64,000 bases of DNA from Mizuhopecten yessoensis (lineage: Eukaryota). The position numbers were made by a program, and so were the translations under genes. The notes under the pieces were generated by a model. The model saw only the letters and a list, made by a program, of their open reading frames with translations. It did not search any database and was not told the origin of the DNA. This document shows, piece after piece, positions 1-14,036 of the stretch. The stretch lies in assembly GCF_002113885.1 (NCBI RefSeq), contig NW_018405640.1, forward strand, positions 193,220 through 257,219. The letters are read 5' to 3'. Numbering within the stretch: position 1 is the first letter of the stretch; each line of letters starts with the position of its first letter.

Positions 1-416
1 TCCCTACAGTATACTATAAAATAAAATCTGTCTTTACGTTTTTGTGTTTATTTGGAAAACGGACAATTTTGATGCTTTTCACATATTTACTTTACATAAC
101 AAATAAAACAATTTCTGCTACAAATTAGTTTTGTAAGAATAAGTTAATGTGTTCCATTTCTAGTTATAAAGAGGATAGCTAACGAATGACACACAATTGA
201 TACTAATTCATTTGTGTGAGCTTATGTTCAAGCAAAATGCACGACTTTTAGTGAGGCAAATGTGTTTGGAATCAACTTACGTGAATGAATATAGATATAA
301 ACAGATCATCACACAAATTGGAAAGTTTGTTCATTTCATAACCAAAAGCGCAAATAAAGTTATTGTTGCGTAACCATAGGAACCAAACAATAACAAAGGA
401 CATAGTAATGACGTAC

Positions 417-807
417 TACGTGTTCCATTTAGCGGAACATTCCAGTTGTGTTAATACGGAACGAACCAGCTCATCGGGAACATCTTATTTCAGGGCACCG
501 AGTTGGATCCAATATGGCGGCCAATGAAAAGTCTTAGTTTCCGATCTTCACAACGTTGTAAATTGGTTAATGTGTGACAAATTAAACTCTATTTAATAAG
601 CCTTAACAATAATTACCGACTTCGAGTGACGTCACAGTTTGTAAACGTTTGAAACAGTAGTGCATGGGTTGTTAAGGCGGTAAACCGCATTGATTCACAT
701 TTTTTACGCCGGAACCGGAAATCGTTCCTTTTTTATATTAGTTTAGGGACGCGCTGACCAATTCTAAGTTGGTACAACGGGAACGTTCCGCGAAATGGAA
801 TGCACTA
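417..807. mobile_element. Degenerate MITE-like element with ~30 bp imperfect terminal inverted repeats
   Basis: GTGTTCCATTTAGCGGAACATTCCAGTTGT (420-449) is an imperfect reverse complement of ACAACGGGAACGTTCCGCGAAATGGAATGCAC (774-805). No coding capacity between them. Confidence 0.5.
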
Positions 808-3800
808 TTGCAGTCATAGCACTTATAGAAGGCATGTTAGAAATCTGGATTTATAGGAAATGTGTACTTGCCGAGATTAATGCAAAGCAGTCGATGCTTT
901 ATAGCGCTGCACTCATCGGAATGTAGCGTCTTAAATAAAATATAATTAAAAATGATACAGCGTCAACAGATAACTTTACAGAAAAAAATATTCTGGAAAA
1001 CATTTATATTTCTGATAAGATAAGGAACCTACCACATAATCACCGTCCTAGAAATTCTAGGGGTCACGCTCACTTAAGTTATCTGCACGCCTGGGATATT
1101 TAATGACAAAATCGAAGACACGAGGTTAGCTATTTAATTGATTTCAGGTAAAAAGAAACCTTACTAAACGCAAGTCTGATACCTGTCCTTTGAAGAACAC
1201 CCGACGTAATAGCAATTCGTTTTTACCGTTTTGCTGCTGCGCAGTTCCTTTAATGTACATCGAATAAGTTAACTAGTCTTTTCTTATCATCTAACAAGGT
1301 AGCGCGCACAAATACTTTGATTTCGTCATGACATATTGCAGGGGAGCAGGGAACGTAAGAGTTGCATACTCATCACATGAGGAGGAAACACGAACACAAG
1401 TTCAACAAAAACTAAAACAACTGGACCAGAGGAGGCATCAAAACAAGAGGGAAGACATCATGGTCCTTTATAAACAAGGACCGGAAGTGAAATTGTGTGC
1501 TCCGGAAACGGACACCTCTCCAGCACCACATTGGGCACCTGTTTGGATAACTGTCAAGTCTAGCAAAGATTGTCGGTCACGATGGTCACCAACCAGCTTA
1601 ACCCCTCTGAAAAAGTCTTGATGAATTTAAACATCATCCGGAAATCGCATAGTGGAAAACAGCACGTGATGTTGACTGTTACATTTCTTCAATGTAGATT
1701 GAAACCTTTCTGAAGGAATGTTACATATTGCTTTCAAGCGTAACCACTTCCAGTGTGTTATCATATAATAAACGTAGTTTTATTGGGTGCAAGTAGCCAT
1801 GAAGTCTTGCTGCTAATTACATTAAAGAAGCACAAGTACGTTGATATCTGTTAACGTTTGTATGAAAGGAGAAAGAAACTCTATTGTTGCACGAAGTTTC
1901 GAGACGGAAAATACTAAGGGTGACGTATTTAATTTAAGTTTTCAAAAAAGCTCCGAAGAGGTAGGTTTTATAAAAGATTAATCACGTTAATACTTGCGCG
2001 CATCCCAGTTCAACATATAATTACACTGCATTGGCCTAACTTTTTATCTTAATGACCTGCAATGAGTTTTGGTGAATAATAAACAGAGACAGAAGAATTT
2101 ATTATATGTCTATTGCACAATAAAACACATACTTCCGTTCACAAAGGTGTGTTATTGCCGTAGATAAGAGACTTTCACAAACAAACGTCTACATATGTCA
2201 TGGTTTATCGTTTCCTACAGAAATGTTCCGAATGGAAAAGCAAGATAGCGCGCCTTGCATGTTTTCCCTATTAGTACAGAAGTACTAAAGTACAGAGTCA
2301 AAAGAAGGAAATACTCTACAGGTTCGGACAACTTAATTGGCCTGTTGTATATCAGTGCATGCTTCTGTGAGGCGACCTATGTGACCTCCCTGCAAAACCG
2401 GAAATTGTGGCATTGCATCTATAAAAAAAAAATCTCCGACACCCCTTGCATTACTGGGAACATTTTATTTTCATTTTCGGTTTGGTTTCCCAAAATTGTT
2501 GATTTCAGTATCCTATTCCATGAATACCTACCGTAAATTAATTTCTACCACATGTTTCTGGAAGACGTTAGTGTGTTTAGGTTTAGCAGTTTAAACAGAA
2601 ATAAATAACAGATGGCGTCAACTATCAAAGTATATAAATGTAATTCTTACTTGATGCAAAGTTAGTTTTACATGTCTTGATGGGAAATTAGCGTTCTGAT
2701 AATGTTTATTTTTTTTGAGTAACTAAAGTCACACCATTGATGTTGGCATTATACCGAGGTTGGGCGATGAATTGAAGGAAAATTGAAGACAAAAAGGAAT
2801 CTTAAGAAAAAATGGAAAAATAGGCCTTGAGATTGGTTGGCAGTAAGTGAGGTTGCAAATGAAAGAAAGGGCATTTTTATCGAGGCTTTACTGTATATAA
2901 AGAAATAGTAGAGGAATTACTGGGGCACCTACTGTTACCTTCGGACTGATATTCTGGTATCTAAATATCTCCTTAGTTCTAATACACAATAGTGAACTCA
3001 AAATCATCCCGTTAAACACGAAATTAATTAATTGTTCAAAAATTGTTATCACTTTTTCTGTGGTGTTTCGAGTTCTAAGTATATTTAATGTTATGAATCC
3101 TAGCAGCCTTAAGGTATTAATCAAACAATTTGTGACAATGAAATATTTTCTACCTCAGCCGAAGTAGTTGTAAAGGAGACAGTTCAAATAGCTAAATCAA
3201 CAATGCATTGATGCAGATGGAAGCAATTAACATGTAGAACGTTTGTTCCCAGAACACGGATCATTTATCACTTTATTCAAAACTCACAAAGCATCTGTAA
3301 GCAATTCGAAATTAGATTCATCAGTTTGGTACGAATAATTAAGGCTAGGTGCTAGAGTACTATATTGGGCGAAATGTCTCTACGATTTTTGACAGCTGAC
3401 TTTACTTGATTCGGCCCACTGTGGCTTAGTAAGTTGTTTTCAGCGGTTTAGAGTCGAGACACCGGTCATTTACACTCTTTGCTTGACAGAGGAAACAGAC
3501 GTTTTTGAAAACTCGCAAAATAAGTTTGCAATTCCTGTTTGAGTTCAAAACAAACTTAGTTTTTATTGTCTATAACAAACTCAATCCGGAATGTTTATAC
3601 GTTTTTTCTTCATATCTTCAGTTCTGTGACCTCTATTCTACCATGTCAAAACTTCTTATTTCAAAGAAATTGGGAACGTGGACACATTTATGAAAAACAG
3701 GACCTTTTTTATTTATATATTTGAGTTTAACTAATAGCATTGGACCGATAATGGACTTCAGGATACAAAAAAAAAATATCTGCGTTCATAATTACGACTT

Positions 3801-4077
3801 CGCCAGTAACACCATGTCTCTTGTCAACCACAAGTAAGAAAAAGATAGCGACAACAGCAGAAGCCGATTCCAGAACTTGTTTATATTATTGAAATCTCTT
3901 TAGTGCGGACATATTGGTTTTGGTATTAATTCAAAATTTATTCCATCTTCAATAAATCGCTATTGAACACCCACCTATTTACTTTAACAGTGTTAGTAAA
4001 ACTCATCCCCCCTAAAATAAAGGAAAGATCACTTATAAACGATAAAATCAAAAATAATATCGAAATGTTCGGCTTAC

Positions 4078-4373
4078 CTCGGACATGTAGGTAAGCCGCT
4101 GTTGCAGCCCATCCTTCGGAATTCTCAGCACGGCACTGATAACATCCCTGATCTTTCTGCGTGACCTTCTCAATAATCATCGTGATTGTTCCGTCAATAG
4201 AATAATCGAATTCATATCGATTATCGGTCGTGATGTCACGGCCATCTTTCCACCACGTGATGTCTGGCCGAGGATAGCCAATTACACGACACTCGAAATG
4301 TTTGCATCCTCCAAACGAGGCTCTCGTCGTCTCCGGCATGTTGATGGCGGTTTGATGTTAACGTTCACATCAT
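4078..4373 (-). CDS. Exon encoding an immunoglobulin I-set domain (titin/twitchin/obscurin/MLCK-like Ig repeat); gene continues beyond the left edge of the window
   Basis: Translation FECRVIGYPRPDITWWKDG...DQGCYQCRAENSEGWA has the I-set C...W...DxGxYxC pattern. Acceptor TTTTTTATTCAG before 4373; phase-1 donor G|GTAAG at 4078/4077. The 5' end of the exon is out of frame (see findings). Confidence 0.85.
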
Positions 4374-6194
4374 CTGAATAAAAAAGGACAAATGTGAATA
4401 TGTTGACAGACATTTTAAAATAGTGTAGAAGATAGCTTGTATGTCAGGTTCTTAAATTATTACTAAAATCATTTATATGCCCCTCCCCTTTAGTGAGGGT
4501 CAAAGGTCACTGGCAAATCATCTGTTCGTAATAAAAAGCATGTTGTGAACCCCAGAACACATTTAGTTGATATTAACACATAATTGTGGTAATACATGGT
4601 CATCGGTCAAGGTTAAAGGGTCAAAGGTCACTAGCAAAAATAGCTTATTTATACACTGATTACAGACTACATCTTGTACACCGTTTCTGAATGAGTGGGG
4701 ACAGGGTGAGGAAATGGGTGAGGGGTTGGGGGTATATCTATGTGAGCCTTATTTTTATTGTTTTGGGACTGTAAGATTTTTAATGTTATAACTCTATATA
4801 TATGACTGTATATGTGACTGTATCGTTATGTTTTTAAGCATAGTATCTTATTTTGTATATGTCTAGCATTCAAAATTGAAGAGTCAATACACACAGTTGC
4901 TTTCTGTTATAAACTTTTTAACAACCTATTTAAAAGTATGCATTTTCTGCGCTTAATTGACTGATTTATATCATAAAACAGTTCAAGAGATCCTTTCAGG
5001 AAGTCGCCATTATCTTTTCAAACGTTCTTCTATCCACTGAAGATCTATAGTTGAAAATCATATCATAATGCCGAACGTAGACTTTTACAACGTAGATTGG
5101 TACCTCTCCATTAGTAAACCCCTGCTACATAATTAATTCGTTAGCATAACTCGTATATCCAGCTAAAATCGCATAATTAGAACATATTTAAGACTCTATA
5201 AGTTACTACAAAAAGTCGCCAGATTGACCGAAAAGTGACCAATATAGATAAATCTGAAGAAGATAGATATATGGCATCGTTAACGTCATGCCAAAAGATG
5301 AAAAAGATGCATATATAGTACTCGAAATATTTTTTGTTCAAGGACAAAGCTTCATTAATGTATATGAATGTATGGTCAACAAATTTGGGCAGGGGTTCGG
5401 GTAAGTGTCCATTCAGCTTTCTTCAACATTAAACTGTTTTAAATCTCAACAATATGAAATGTACAAGTGTATGTTAAGATGATTTTTGTTTAAAGGGTTA
5501 TGTCGTTCCTGCTGTGATGTTTTAACCACACACGATCACCCGATTTTCTTTGAGCAGTAAACAGATAAATAAGTATATGATAATAAACGGCCTACAAACA
5601 AAATCTGTATCAGTACGTAAATAAATATACGTAATCATGATACCCTAAATTTCGTTTATGAGAGAACATCTCGATATTTTTTCTGAAATTTCAGAAAATT
5701 CTGGAATGACGCCACAAAAGCCATTTTGGAACTATCTTGGCATCTAGCGATCAACGGTGCAGTGATACAAACCAGCACGCGTGTTTAGAGAAGGTATACT
5801 GACCATTAAAACGTTAATTTACGAAGTGTGCCAAAACACGTATTCCAAGTGAATTGGACATAGAACAGAAACACGCATGAACGCCAAAAGGTGAAGAGTT
5901 TCACGAATGCTGTTTTGAATGAGCAGCGTGCACGTGGGCGCCTACAAGTATTGTCAACGTCATATATTTACATTCTTGATGTTTGTTCTGTACATGAATC
6001 TACCAACTGAAAACAACCGCCATTAGACCATGAATACAACGATTCTCGTGCAACCGGTCAGCTGATTTCACACACAATGACAAATTATATTACTACGACG
6101 CATAGCACCGTTTCCGAGAAGAGTTACCTCCCCTTCTCCGAGATACCGTAGTTGCGATAAATGATACTAAACATTAAAAAAATCATAAATGGTN

Positions 6195-6235
<41 letters not shown>

Positions 6236-6491
6236 GTTTGAAATGTATAACATTGTCATATTTAATATCGACTTCCAACTCGCAATCGGTTCCTCGTGGT
6301 CAAGAACTTTCTAACACCCAAACGTCCGCCTGGGTAATCCCCGTGACATCAACTTGCACATTAAACCCAGAGAAGTTTGTAATGTCACCGGGTACTTCAT
6401 CAATCAATTTATTATCATCTACATCTGCAGTTTTTTTTGGCAAACATCGTATTCGATGGCTGTACATTTTTCTTCAAATAAGCTCAATGCC

Positions 6492-6763
6492 AAGGGGCGG
6501 GTCCAGGTGAGGGCGTAATGGGCGTACAAAAAAACTATCGTTATCTGCTAATATTGTATTGAATATGGCAATTTATTATATTCATTAATTAAACACGTAA
6601 ACACCCTGACACTTTAACTATAAAATATATATGCTCAAAGTCAGGAACCGTTACATTAGTGCATTTCACAATTATTTTATGTTTTTTAGCAAAAAAAAAG
6701 GTCCAAAAGGTCCAAAAATTTCATTCTACGACCCCTCTTTCAAATATCCTAGAAACGCCCCTG
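6492..6763. mobile_element. Non-autonomous DNA transposon (MITE) with (C)AGGGGCG...CGCCCCTG termini and 5-bp TSD ATGCC
   Basis: Near-identical inverted copy at 50659-50930. ATGCC flanks both ends (6487-6491 and 6764-6768). Confidence 0.85.
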
Positions 6764-7449
6764 ATGCCTACTGCCGACGGGTGTCCTGGATGGTTACTAT
6801 GGTGACCGATGATTTGAAATAGTGCGGACATAAACTTTTTAAAATATATAATATGAGGTGTTTAATAAAAAAAAATCCCCCAAAAAACACCTAAAAACAT
6901 CAAATAAAATCAACTTTCAAAAATGAAAGGAATATCAAGTGTTGGTTATTACTAGATCATAGATATATATATATTCGTTTCAACAAAATCAGCTGATCGG
7001 CGGAAGTTGAACATTTGAAGTTTGTGTGTAGGCTGGAGTCCTGGCTGTTCCTTTTTATGGTTTTCTCTCCGATACTATTAGCAAAAATAATAAATTCACA
7101 AAAAGTGTTGCAACTTTTTTATTGTAGTTCACCGTAACGTAAATATATGAATTGAATGGGTTTTTTCATGTACATTGCGAGAATGAATAGCAGTAGCTGA
7201 TCTTCATATCTTCTGAGGGGCGCTTACGCGCTCAACAGGATATACATGTACAGACTTGTGCCAAAAGTGAAGATAATTTCAAGATGGCTGCCACATACAG
7301 TTGTCAAGAACCTGTCACTTGTCAACCTTTGTAATTATATTAATAATATATTGCCGAAATGTACATGAATAAAATCCACTCAATCCCTATGTGAATGTGA
7401 TCATGCGTAGTTCTTGCCTACTGAAAGTTTAAAGGATCCCTGTCCCATT

Positions 7450-7529
7450 CACCGTCGGATACCCACGGTTGATTTCGCTTCGGTACTTACTCATACCGAA
7501 GCGAAATCAACCGTGGGTATCCGACGATG
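7450..7529. mobile_element. 80-bp palindromic MITE with 9-bp TSD TGTCCCATT
   Basis: Arm CGTCGGATACCCACGGTTGATTTCGCTTCGGTA and its exact reverse complement surround the loop CTTACTCA. TGTCCCATT occurs at 7441-7449 and 7530-7538. Confidence 0.85.
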
Positions 7530-10500
7530 TGTCCCATTGTACTGGGGTGTTTGTTTCGTATATACAGTAGCCTCCCCTTAATTTCGTTTTGGACATAACT
7601 GAAGCTCGGTCGGTCCTGACACTTTCGTTGAACAGTTATCTCAGTCTGTTAGAGCGACAGTATAAAACATTTGAGCTCCTGGGTTCGAATCTTGGTCTTG
7701 CCACGCTAATTATTTCACACAAAAAAACACTACTGGTGATTATTTCGTTTGTTTATTCCAACTTTATTATTGTTTATAAAAGTTCCAAAAGGATGGGTTT
7801 CTTTCAGAAAGATTACAAAATCTATAGCCATACCGGAAAAAAATAAGTTCCGAATGCATAGTGTCTGGTAGTGGTACGGCAATCCTTAAGAAAAATATTC
7901 TAAAATGATGTATTCATCATATATCTAAGTGATATATATCAAATTAAACCATTTTTCTGTTGCTAGATTTTTCAAGTTGCCATAAAAACTTATTTCTATA
8001 GAATTCCAAATCTTTTTACTGGTTAAACCGATTAATTTTAGAAAACAATAACTATTCTGTCTGCACTGCCAAATACACCATCTCATTATGATGTGCAGCA
8101 TGATTGTCAATTATAAGTGATATCAAAGGGATAGGCTTGTTTCTATATTAAGAACTTCGTGGGGTGTGCTAAAACAGGATAAAAGGGTCTGACGGTCCGG
8201 AATATCCCTTGCATGTTTATTGCAGATAATAATTGTATTGGAGTGTGATGATATGTACTTGGAGGTGATGCCCCTCCATATCTTATCACTGTTCAGAAGG
8301 TATTTGTTTAAGCGTTTCTCGTCTGTCGTACATGCTATTCGCAGAGGAGGATTTATCTTACATAAAGACCGCTTCTTTCTAAAATATTAATTCGGATAGA
8401 AATAAATGTATTCAGATGGTGGGCGTTTTTCGTGCCTAAAATCGACTCTGCCTGCCAAAAACTTATCTTAAACGTCATCACCAGCGACGTTGCTGCCACG
8501 ATCGTAATAATACTCATTTATACGTACAATGCGCAATAAACACGTCGAGGACGCTAATTGATCTGTATTATCTTATTAAGTCGTTAGCTACATTTGACTG
8601 GCTATCATCGATCGTACTCGTAAGAGAAGGGTTCAAACACTGAATGAAGATATTTGTAATATATAGGTACCTATAAGTGACGGTTTGTTGTCACAGTTTC
8701 TCCAACTGAAGTTAATTGACCAATCTGAGTGACAGTGTATTGTCATACTTTCTCCAATTGAAGTTAGTTCACAATCATTCTCACACATCGGCGATGTGAC
8801 GATACTTTTACTGGTTAATAGACATGTAATATTGGAAAATGATATATGCATTATGTATAATATAATTGGATGATCTAGGTCACGTTGTCTTACAGGTACT
8901 ATTACATTTTCTATGTGGTAGAATAGATATAATCAACACATGTTTGTATATTATGATAGAATATGTAATTCGAAATTAGAAAAATTTGGGAAAATGGATG
9001 AACTCAGGCCGCAGCGGCCACCGTTAATTTACCTTACCCACATTTTCCGATCTTCGTTATATATTCCACCATAATGCACGCCCACATGTTGGTTATTTAT
9101 TAAATTAATCCCCTTTCTCGAATATGGGATAAACATTTTAACACAAAACAGTCCATCACAGTTTCAGTGATATATAAATGCTCATTAAATTACTAATTTC
9201 GGCCCAACATACAATATTTCCATTTTGCTACGTCACAGACAGTGACGTCGCCATTTTGGTTTCTGCCATTATTCATTGTTTGTCGCCGATTTGGCAGTAG
9301 GGCCAGATTTTATTTGCGATGAATAAAATACAATTTGCGCAGTGAAACTTTCGTCCTTCACCTGTCATTCCGTCCTTCACATTAGAATTGATATCAGAAA
9401 TACTGCTGATCTGTATGTATTGTAAGCTGTATACTAGTATTCGCCCTCGTGGAAAATGGTTCTAATTATTGAGGGCGAAACGGGCGAAAATTAATCTGCA
9501 GCCACTGTTTCCCAGTATACAGTTATTAAATTGATACAAAATGTAAGTTTTTTTTAAACTTTATTTCGGACTTGTAATATAGGAGATACTTTCGTCACAG
9601 GCACGGCCATTTTGAATGACCACTTTTACTATAAATAAAACATTTTTTTAACAAATCTGTGATTTCTTAATCCAAACAAATACAGTGTTCTATAACAATT
9701 CATATATGACCATAGACTTGATTAGCATCGGGTAAAACAGTTATGTGAGTACCATAGTATTCATGATAACAAAAAAAGAAGCTTTTGAAACGACAACTCG
9801 ATAACGAGGCTAACGCTAAAAGTGACATGAATAACACGGGAACCAAGTCTAAATTATCAATCTGTGAGGTGTACACACCTCCTTAGATATCGGTTAATAT
9901 GCCTCAAGATTGTTTTCTAAGAACGGTGATCTGGAAAAAACATTCAGGGAAAGTGCACAGGTGAAATATATCTATGTATATATAATTCCCTCTCCCTTTA
10001 TTAAGAAGAATAGTGTTAAATTGGTGTTATTTCTCCTTGCAGTATTGATATAGTCAAGAAAAATGAAAATAAAGCTCTGAAAATTTCACCAATATTTTAT
10101 CTACATTGTAAGTCATACTCAAATTGCCTTCTATTCACATAGAGTCCAGATAAAAAGTAAACCACAAATATTGAAAAAACACCAAGACAATAGGAAAGAT
10201 ATAACGAACTCCTGTAATAATAAAAGTGTGTAAGCGATGTACTATGGTAGGAAGCGAGTTTCCAACACCACATGTGGCAAAAGTGACGATGTTTCCTGTC
10301 GAAGATATGTCTCTCCTCAAATATTAACCGTTTTCATTGCCCAATAGATAGAAAAATCTTCCCTGTCAGTACGCGTACATTCGATGCATGTTTGTCAAGT
10401 CTTATCACCTTCACTAATAAAATTGTTCAAGATAGATATTAAACTTCAAAACATAAGCATAATTATGTTTCACATATTTTCAAAGGTGACAAGGACATAT

Positions 10501-11818
10501 AGTAACTTCTTACACTTTCTAAGTAGGTATGCATAAACAAAAAACTTACCTGGGTACGAGTTTTCAGGTGAATTACGGGTGCATTCAAGTTGAAATCCAA
10601 TTGAAATGAACTATTTCGGGATGAAATCCAGTCTCTTCTACTTTCCTACAGATGATGCATTTGCTGGCGGTGATGATTTTCTTACGTTATACCGTACACA
10701 CCTGTACTCCTGGTTCTCCTTCTTCTCACTGACCTCTGTTACACACCAAAACTTCAAATGTAAACTTAATCACAGAGAGGCTCCCTGCGGGAGAATCCAT
10801 TTTTTAACAGTCGTTATCCAAATTTTCCTCGCCAGCTGCAAAGCATTTCATTCATATAACTACAATCGCATATCATATATACGTGATGTTTTTCAAATCT
10901 TCAGTTTTCTATTTTCTCTTATAATGTGAATCTGCTTAATTTAAATGAAATGATGTATTTCTGTTACTTTTGAGACTGATATCAAGAATTTCTCTTTCGT
11001 GATCTTAAAAGATGTGAAGAGATTCACGGTTTTCTACTGTTATAAAATACGAGATACAACAAAAGGCTAAATTTCAGCAGTTGACAGGCATTATTTATAA
11101 AAAATGGAAATCACTCACACTGAAATCTATTCTGAAATATAGGTGTATAACGTATATTTGAATTTAGATATTTGAGTAAAACAATAGTTTATTTAGGCAG
11201 TCATACAGTATAGTTCTGAACGTATGGTTACAACTTAAGTGATATATTGAGCTGTTTGTTCTTGTTTCATCAGTGTTGTAGACGTCAGTATATCGGTAGG
11301 CTAAAACGGACGGGCGCTTCCTCTGACGTCAAAGCACTTCTTCAAAAAGTTCCTACATATACCCCTTTGGGGGCCTCCTAGTGATGCTACAGCAGTAAGC
11401 ACACAGAACGTTAAGGCAGAGTTAGTTACACTTTTTGACGAGTTAAAACACCAATACTTCATATGAACCCAGAGATAAATGTATATCAACATATATCTTT
11501 CATCTGTACACATTTACACATGGCGACATTGTGTCTATCTGATGTGCTGAACCGCCTCGATTTATTTGCCTTAGATATAATACGAATATATCATAATCCT
11601 ACTGGGATATAATGTCTTGTTTCGTTTTTACAAAACTCGAAAAATTTGAAGTCGTTACTATAATTTTGTATATCCTTATCTATTTTGCCTTCTGTGGAGA
11701 TAAATAATGTATCGTAATGTTTTTAAGGGAACTATGTTGTTCGAGCCAGTAGCATAAGATGCAAAATAGCAATTAATACAAGAATGTTTTCAACAGAATG
11801 TAATAATAGGTTTATTTA

Positions 11819-12159
11819 AAGATTAACTTGAATATATTATGTTATGGAGATATAACACACAAAAAAACCGAGCGTACTCTAGGTTTAAGATGAGAGTACA
11901 CTCCGTTTTTTTGTGTGTTATAGCTCCATAACATAAAAAATATATTCAAGTCAATCCTTATAATTTAAGCTACTATACACAATCCCTGTGGAAACCCAAT
12001 TTTATTGATGGACTCTTTTCTCTTGGAAATTATTACGCCGATGTATCAGCCAATCAAAAACGACGCTACAAACGGCGACGTCACTTTTTTTACGTTATGG
12101 GCTGATAACATATCTTTTTAAGCCAATGAAAATGCGTGTTATAAGCAAGAATAAATTAT
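11819..12159 (+). mobile_element. Dispersed non-autonomous element with long terminal hairpin (family H1, copy 1)
   Basis: Palindrome at ~11820-11960 followed by a ~200 bp body. Homologous to 16927-17279 (inverted) and 25363-25663. Confidence 0.75.
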
Positions 12160-14036
12160 TTCATCAACAATACAATTAAACATGGAAAACCATTTTGTTA
12201 CTATTGTATACCTATTGTGTATTCAACCAATTTGTAGCGTCCTATGTTACAACGCGCGCAGAGGGCTATATTAACCCTTTTTAACGGAGACATTACGACG
12301 AATCTCGCCTATGATACAGGAAACCCTACATTTCAGATTACATGTACTTTGTTTCCTAGTGTATAGCGTTTACCGTTTTGTTTTGTTGTCTCCTGAATTT
12401 TTGTTTAGAATATCTTTTTATTTGTACAGTGTCTTTGTGTATTGATGATGTGGTACATTATTATCGACTTATATATCGGATTGTTTCTGGATGTAATTAT
12501 GATTTGTCATGGTTTTTTTTTCATTTTATTCAAAAATCTTCATTTTAATGTAGAACAACACACTTACTAATTATACATGTATCACAAACTCGTGTGCTGA
12601 TGAGAAACCCTATTCTTAGACATGTGATTTATTTTGTTATTGAAGAACCACACCATTTCTGACTTCAGTTCAGTACGCAGTGAAGTTCTAGTAGCTCAGA
12701 AACAACTTATCTGCACAAAGCCAAATTTATGAATGGAGCGGTCGACCAAAGAATACTGATAATGTTTATAAACATAGATTTAGCGCTGAAAGCCTGTGTA
12801 CGTATGTTTATACATACGTGTGTCTGGCAGTGAGTGTATATCTGGGTTTGTGTAGTCATCCCCATCAGACTTCCCGTTATAGTTTCTGGGGATTGCTATA
12901 GGAAATATTTAAAGATTCCTATCGTTATCACTCACGTTAGACCATACAGTGGTTTTCCTAGCACATTCATACGGTAAATGTTACTTTCTCATTTACGAGA
13001 AAATAATGAACCTATATAGGATTAACAAGGTAACAACTAAGGTCTCTCAGTGAGTGACTTCTTTTCCAACGAATATAATTTGGACCGTTACGTTTGTACT
13101 GATGATTCTTTGATTATGTGATTGATGATGTAACAATTGATATATATATATATATATATAGATAGATTATGCATATGTGTAATTCTGAATGGTACAATAT
13201 TGAAAATAAGCATTGTAGGGTCAATCATTCTACAATAGATTATATATAAGTTATATGGACAAATCCTTAGACCCTTAGACGGGAGACATTCAACGGGAAC
13301 TGGGAACCGTCGGTACTTTAATTTCCGTAAACGAGACGGAAAGTGCCGACGGTTGCCGATTGGGGGGACATTATAAAGAGCGCCACCTGTGGTGTAGGAA
13401 TTGAAGCGTTCACAACTCTGAAATATATGGTTTAACTCCAGGTTTTTTTGTATCCTTTCATAATGTCATTATTCTGGGTTTTTTTGACTCCTCAGTGTTC
13501 TGTTCTTGGATTTTCACATCGAATATCCGGCTTGATTTTGTCGTATTTGTCATATTTTATAGTTTACTTTTTGATACATTTAGCAACAGAACAGTGTGTC
13601 ATTTCGATACATTTTAAAGACCCTGCCTCTTGTTTAACAAAAGAAATAAAATATATATCGTTTAGAAAAATGCTTGTGGAATTATGGCAAAAAACACTAG
13701 GATGGTGTTAACATATAAGTCGTTTTAGAATCAAAATAAATATTGAAAATATTTTACCAGAAATACAATAGAGAGTTATTATAACCATATTATTCATAAT
13801 GATTGTTTGATATTATTTCTTCAGAAACACACTGTGGCGTTACTCTTACCATTTTATTAATTGAAGAATCATGAATAGAATTATATTGATATTATTTCTA
13901 CAGAAATATAATGTAGCGTTAAGTCTTACAACGCTACTCGTTTAAGAACCCTTTATATAATTATTTTGATATTATTTCTACAGAAATACAATGTAGCGTT
14001 ATTCATACCACACTACTCGCTTACGAATCATTTATA

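Noticed and set aside
1328-1621. 97-aa ORF
   Set aside because: No recognisable domain; the DNA resembles a reversed, degraded SINE-like repeat, with similar traces near 35050-35270 and 39200-39240.
7600-7720. tRNA-like segment (also box B-like GAGTTCGAATCC near 30520)
   Set aside because: Too degenerate to call a tRNA gene; probably SINE or solo-LTR remnants with undefined ends.
10550-10760. Upstream coding exon of the Ig gene
   Set aside because: There is a good donor (CAG|GTAAG, minus strand), but no frame joins productively to the Ig exon. At most a 5'UTR exon, which cannot be supported without transcripts.
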